From: Lingula anatina
Taxonomy: Eukaryota; Animalia; Brachiopoda
Length of the DNA: 64,000 nucleotides
NCBI GenBank assembly: GCA_051362555.1
Contig: CM120640.1
Span: 1,116,001 to 1,180,000, forward strand
Direction: 5' to 3'
The position numbers and the translations under genes are program-made. Of this stretch, positions 61,501 through 64,000 are shown in pieces. A model generated the notes under the pieces. It saw nothing but the letters and a program-made list of their open reading frames with translations. It did no database searches and was not told the DNA's origin. Every line of letters begins with the position of its first letter. Position 1 is the first letter of the stretch.

Positions 61501-62437
61501 CGCCATCTTGATATACTCTTCAAACAAAAAACATGACATTATAATGAGTTTTATTTGCTGATTCATCTTGTACTAAAGATATTTCAATGCTTCTCAACCG
61601 TGGCTTACACTGACATCCAAATGAAACTCTTTCAACATATCTTCTAGCTAGATATTAAAAAACATCACTGTAAGCACCCCTTCCCAAAAGTAATTAATTA
61701 AATAATTAAAAAATTAAAATAAAATTCAATTTATAAACGAAAATCATATAAATATGTCACTGTTACCTGCATTGTTTTTCAGATCCTCTGGAGTTACCAT
61801 GACAACAAATCTTATGGCTCTTTCATTTTTAAACATCTCATATGCCCATCTTCTTACTGACCTCATACATTTTACAGCCGCTATCCCGTTATTGGCAATC
61901 AACACCTAAATTGTAGGCAATAAAAATGTACAGGTGATAATAGAAAAAGAGAATTAGGTCACATTTAATAGATTTTGAAAGAGATTTCAATTCCTTTCAT
62001 ATGCAACAATTACCCTTTTCATAGACAGGTACATTCCTCATTATATTATACCATAGAATCTACTTCTATGATTATACCAATGTTGACCCAAAATGAGAAA
62101 ACTGCTATCAAAATACACTAACATTGTTCTTAGTAAGTAGTTTTCTGCCATATTACTGTGAGATGCTGGAAGTATCTGTCTATGAATAATATTTGCCACT
62201 TGGGAAGGTGCTCAAAAAACAATAAGGTTTTCATGCCAAACATATCCAGTACTTTCCTGTCTAGAAAAAAATCAAACTTAAGCTACAATAAACTAAACAT
62301 CTAAACTTCATACCTTGTTAATAACTTTATTCCCACCAAATCTCTTCACAAACTCCTCAGGGGTGGCCACCAGGAAATCCTTCACAGAAGCTCTCCTCCT
62401 GTCATTCATGGCTGTCATATGGGTGCCTGACATACTC
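35109..62437 (-). CDS. ACC: Acetyl-CoA carboxylase (multifunctional BC-BCCP-central-CT); 5' exons probably outside the window
   Basis: About 52 GT-AG coding exons. BC motifs: [62 protein letters not shown]. Biotinyl EVMKM near 56100. Central domain [17 protein letters not shown] motifs: [17 protein letters not shown]-type [45 protein letters not shown]. Last exon 35109-35256 ends PTSPQSTD*. The first visible exon 62314-62437 carries RSMSGTHM (AMPK-site homolog). Confidence 0.97.
35965..36300 (-). repeat. Degenerate tandem copies of an ACC acceptor plus exon start
   Basis: Plus-strand tcttcccacaaatatgtctgaaataaaagaacattcagagctcttt recurs about 5 times. Real acceptor at 35988-35989; intact YAG copies at about 36075, 36113, 36194 and 36275. 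Confidence 0.9.
37085..37220 (-). repeat. 71-bp tandem duplication of an ACC acceptor plus exon start
   Basis: ctccatatttcag|GGGYGGTGTTTTAGAACCAGCAGGTACAGTGGAGATCAAATA occurs twice. Acceptors at 37127-37128 (real) and 37198-37199. Confidence 0.93.
37691..38304 (+). mobile_element. Young non-autonomous DNA transposon with 77-bp perfect TIRs, 8-bp TSD and a RecQ-like helicase fragment (AcademH-like)
   Basis: 37691-37767 is the exact reverse complement of 38228-38304. TSD CCCAAAAA at 37683-37690 and 38305-38312. 37997-38092 encodes [32 protein letters not shown] (Q-motif plus Walker A). Confidence 0.88.
38408..38468 (-). repeat. Short 26-bp degenerate duplication of an ACC exon end plus donor
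   Basis: GGGGATGAAAG|gtaaggttctttaa then GGGGAATGAAAG|gtgaggctcctta then GGGGAATG. Donors at 38453-38454 (real) and 38427-38428. Confidence 0.7.
40819..40889. repeat. (AAT)n microsatellite
   Basis: Perfect trinucleotide run in an ACC intron. Confidence 0.95.
45121..45192 (-). CDS. ACC: ACC duplicated exon B (72 nt, [24 protein letters not shown])
   Basis: tcttgtag|...AAG|gtaata, phase 0-0. Matches the conserved ACC segment [11 protein letters not shown]...DP.K. Confidence 0.9.
45828..45896 (-). CDS. ACC: ACC duplicated exon A (69 nt, [23 protein letters not shown]), putative mutually exclusive alternative
   Basis: ccatttag|...AAG|gttgga, phase 0-0, open frame. Paralogous to exon B (NHIFLN core). 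Confidence 0.8.
48530..48777. mobile_element. Palindromic foldback element, family B copy 2, in an ACC intron
   Basis: Arms gatcggtctaactccctagggagtctcacttaaatgctatcaa...tgtcacgccta and taggcgtgaca...ttgatagcaatttagtgagactccccagggagttagactgatc. Termini actgggttcccatgcc and tgggaatggt are shared with 34729-34983. Confidence 0.78.
50508..50537 (-). CDS. ACC: Candidate 30-nt ACC microexon ([11 protein letters not shown])
   Basis: tttgtttgttgccttgtgtag|GTACAAGTACATGTCTTTATACAGGTCCAG|gtaaaa. Phase 2-2, frame-preserving, no stop. Lies in the intron after ...SHPN(R). Confidence 0.55.
52515..52596. repeat. (CA)n microsatellite just inside an ACC intron
   Basis: Perfect CA run, reading UG on the ACC sense strand, about 15 nt after a donor. 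Confidence 0.95.
55270..55727 (-). repeat. Minisatellite, 94-bp unit x4 plus the real exon end, each copy = ACC BCCP-region exon 3' end + GTGGGT donor
   Basis: Donors at 55286, 55380, 55474, 55568 and 55662 (real). Sense unit GTACTTGATGCTGGAAGTATAGTGTGTAAACTACAGCTAGATGATCCCAGCAGAGTACAACAG|gtgggtggagggggtgggggtaatgtgaggt. Real exon 55664-55754. Confidence 0.97.
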
Positions 62438-64000
62438 CTGTAAAGGGAAATAACTGTATGAGGTCTTGTCCTGCTTGACACACTGAATACTGGGTCAACT
62501 TTGGCACAAACTGTGGCTGAAAGAATGTGATCTACAAGGCTGCAGCTATTGTGCCTTAACCCATCAAGGGTGTGTAACTGCCTTTTTGTGACCCTTGTAT
62601 TGATATTCAAATGATGAATAAAAGAGAGTTGGACTTGTTTTTTCTTTTTATTTATGTACCAATATCTTATTGCATGAAGTAAGAAATTTCTACATTTTGG
62701 ACTTGTTTTCCCCTTATTTTTATATACCAATATCTGGTTGCATGAAGCTGGAAATTTCTTAATTTTATGAACTCAAATTTGCATCAAATTAAAAAGAAAA
62801 CACAACTGCCTATAAAAAGCTGAAATAAATACATGGCACCTAAAATTATAAGCACAAATACCACAGCAAACAGCCTGAGGTACAGGATAAAACACATTTC
62901 AGCCAAGCAGCAGGATAATTTTAAAATTATATAGTGAAAATTTTCAACCAAATCAACAAGAACTTGCCAAATAAACCATCAAAAATTTCAAATTTCCCAT
63001 GGCTAAACTACAAGCATAAAATTCTCTAAATTAGTTAAAATTTACCATATGTTTAAGGAAACCTAGGCAACAGATGTCAATCCTAAGCCATACACAATCA
63101 AGCAATTTTATCCCAAACACAATAACTGCATTTCCTATCAGAAATCAAATTTTGTCTTCTGACATATTTATGAAACATGTAACATAATAGAACACTAAAC
63201 AACATATCAATTTTCAAAAAGGTTTTGTCATAGATTTTCTTTTTCCCTAATTCTGTTATCACTGTACTCACACTGAGAATGTCTTACTCAGTAGCCAATA
63301 CATTAAATAAAAAAAATGAATTCATAAACATTCCATAATGCCAAATAATTTGTTTCTCTCAAAACCCAATAGTAAGAAATCTTTAATGTTAGGGATTGTA
63401 TGTCTTATTTTTATTGAAAGAAATTATTTCACAGCCAGCTGTTAAAAGATGGTGAAACACACCACACCCCTCTAAAAAGTAGGGGGTGGGGGTAGACCAC
63501 TGTCCCTGTGTGAGGCCTTATCAGCTTATCTGACAATGGTGCTGTTTCTCACATCAGTCTGACGAAAAGCTTCGACCTAAGTGGTTGTCAACTTTTGTTG
63601 ATTCGAGAGTAAAAATGCCAAGCTTATGTTGAATAATTATTACTAGTACTTAAAAACTGGAGATTTTGCCCATGAGACAGCTATGATTGCCACTGTTTAT
63701 GACCTGGTGTATCACTAAATTGGCTACTAAAATTAATACATCATATTCTGACAGAACTGAAATACATATTCCTACTCGTAGGTCTTGTAGTAAAAATGAC
63801 TTTACACATGCAATGGCGCCGATCATACTAGGACATGGAACATATCATTATGAGACAATGAAGGTTTTCTCTTTTCAAAACAATAGAGGTAAATATTGCC
63901 ATATGCACTGTTCGATAGCACCTTGCTCAGCTGAAAATTTAGTAACAGCCCTACGTTTCTCTTTGTTACTTGCCTCTGAATAAACACCATCATTATAATT

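Overview
AT-rich, intron-rich animal genomic DNA, most likely an invertebrate (lophotrochozoan-like repeat landscape; taxon is inferred, not established). Four genes are supported by spliced reading frames. (1) + strand 3134-12028: a type I receptor with 2 C-type lectin domains, a sushi domain, 23 calcium-binding EGF repeats in one 2.76-kb exon, a TM helix and a Tyr-motif tail. (2) - strand 13819-24774: ALDH7A1/antiquitin, 18 exons, with dual Met1/Met29 starts. (3) - strand 30114-31422: a small secreted AbfB/CBM42-like protein. (4) - strand 35109-62437: acetyl-CoA carboxylase (about 52 coding exons, 5' end probably beyond the window). Several MITE families, Tc1, L2 and Helentron-like remnants are present. 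The most unusual signal is that nearly all non-coding minisatellites straddle an exon-intron junction: seven junctions in ALDH7A1 and ACC carry tandem copies of exon edge plus intact splice site, with up to 18 GTAAGT donors in a row. Also notable are a pair of duplicated, probably mutually exclusive ACC exons with candidate RNA pairings, a candidate 30-nt ACC microexon, and a young 614-bp TIR element carrying a RecQ-like helicase fragment (AcademH-like). All coordinates and translations were read by hand.
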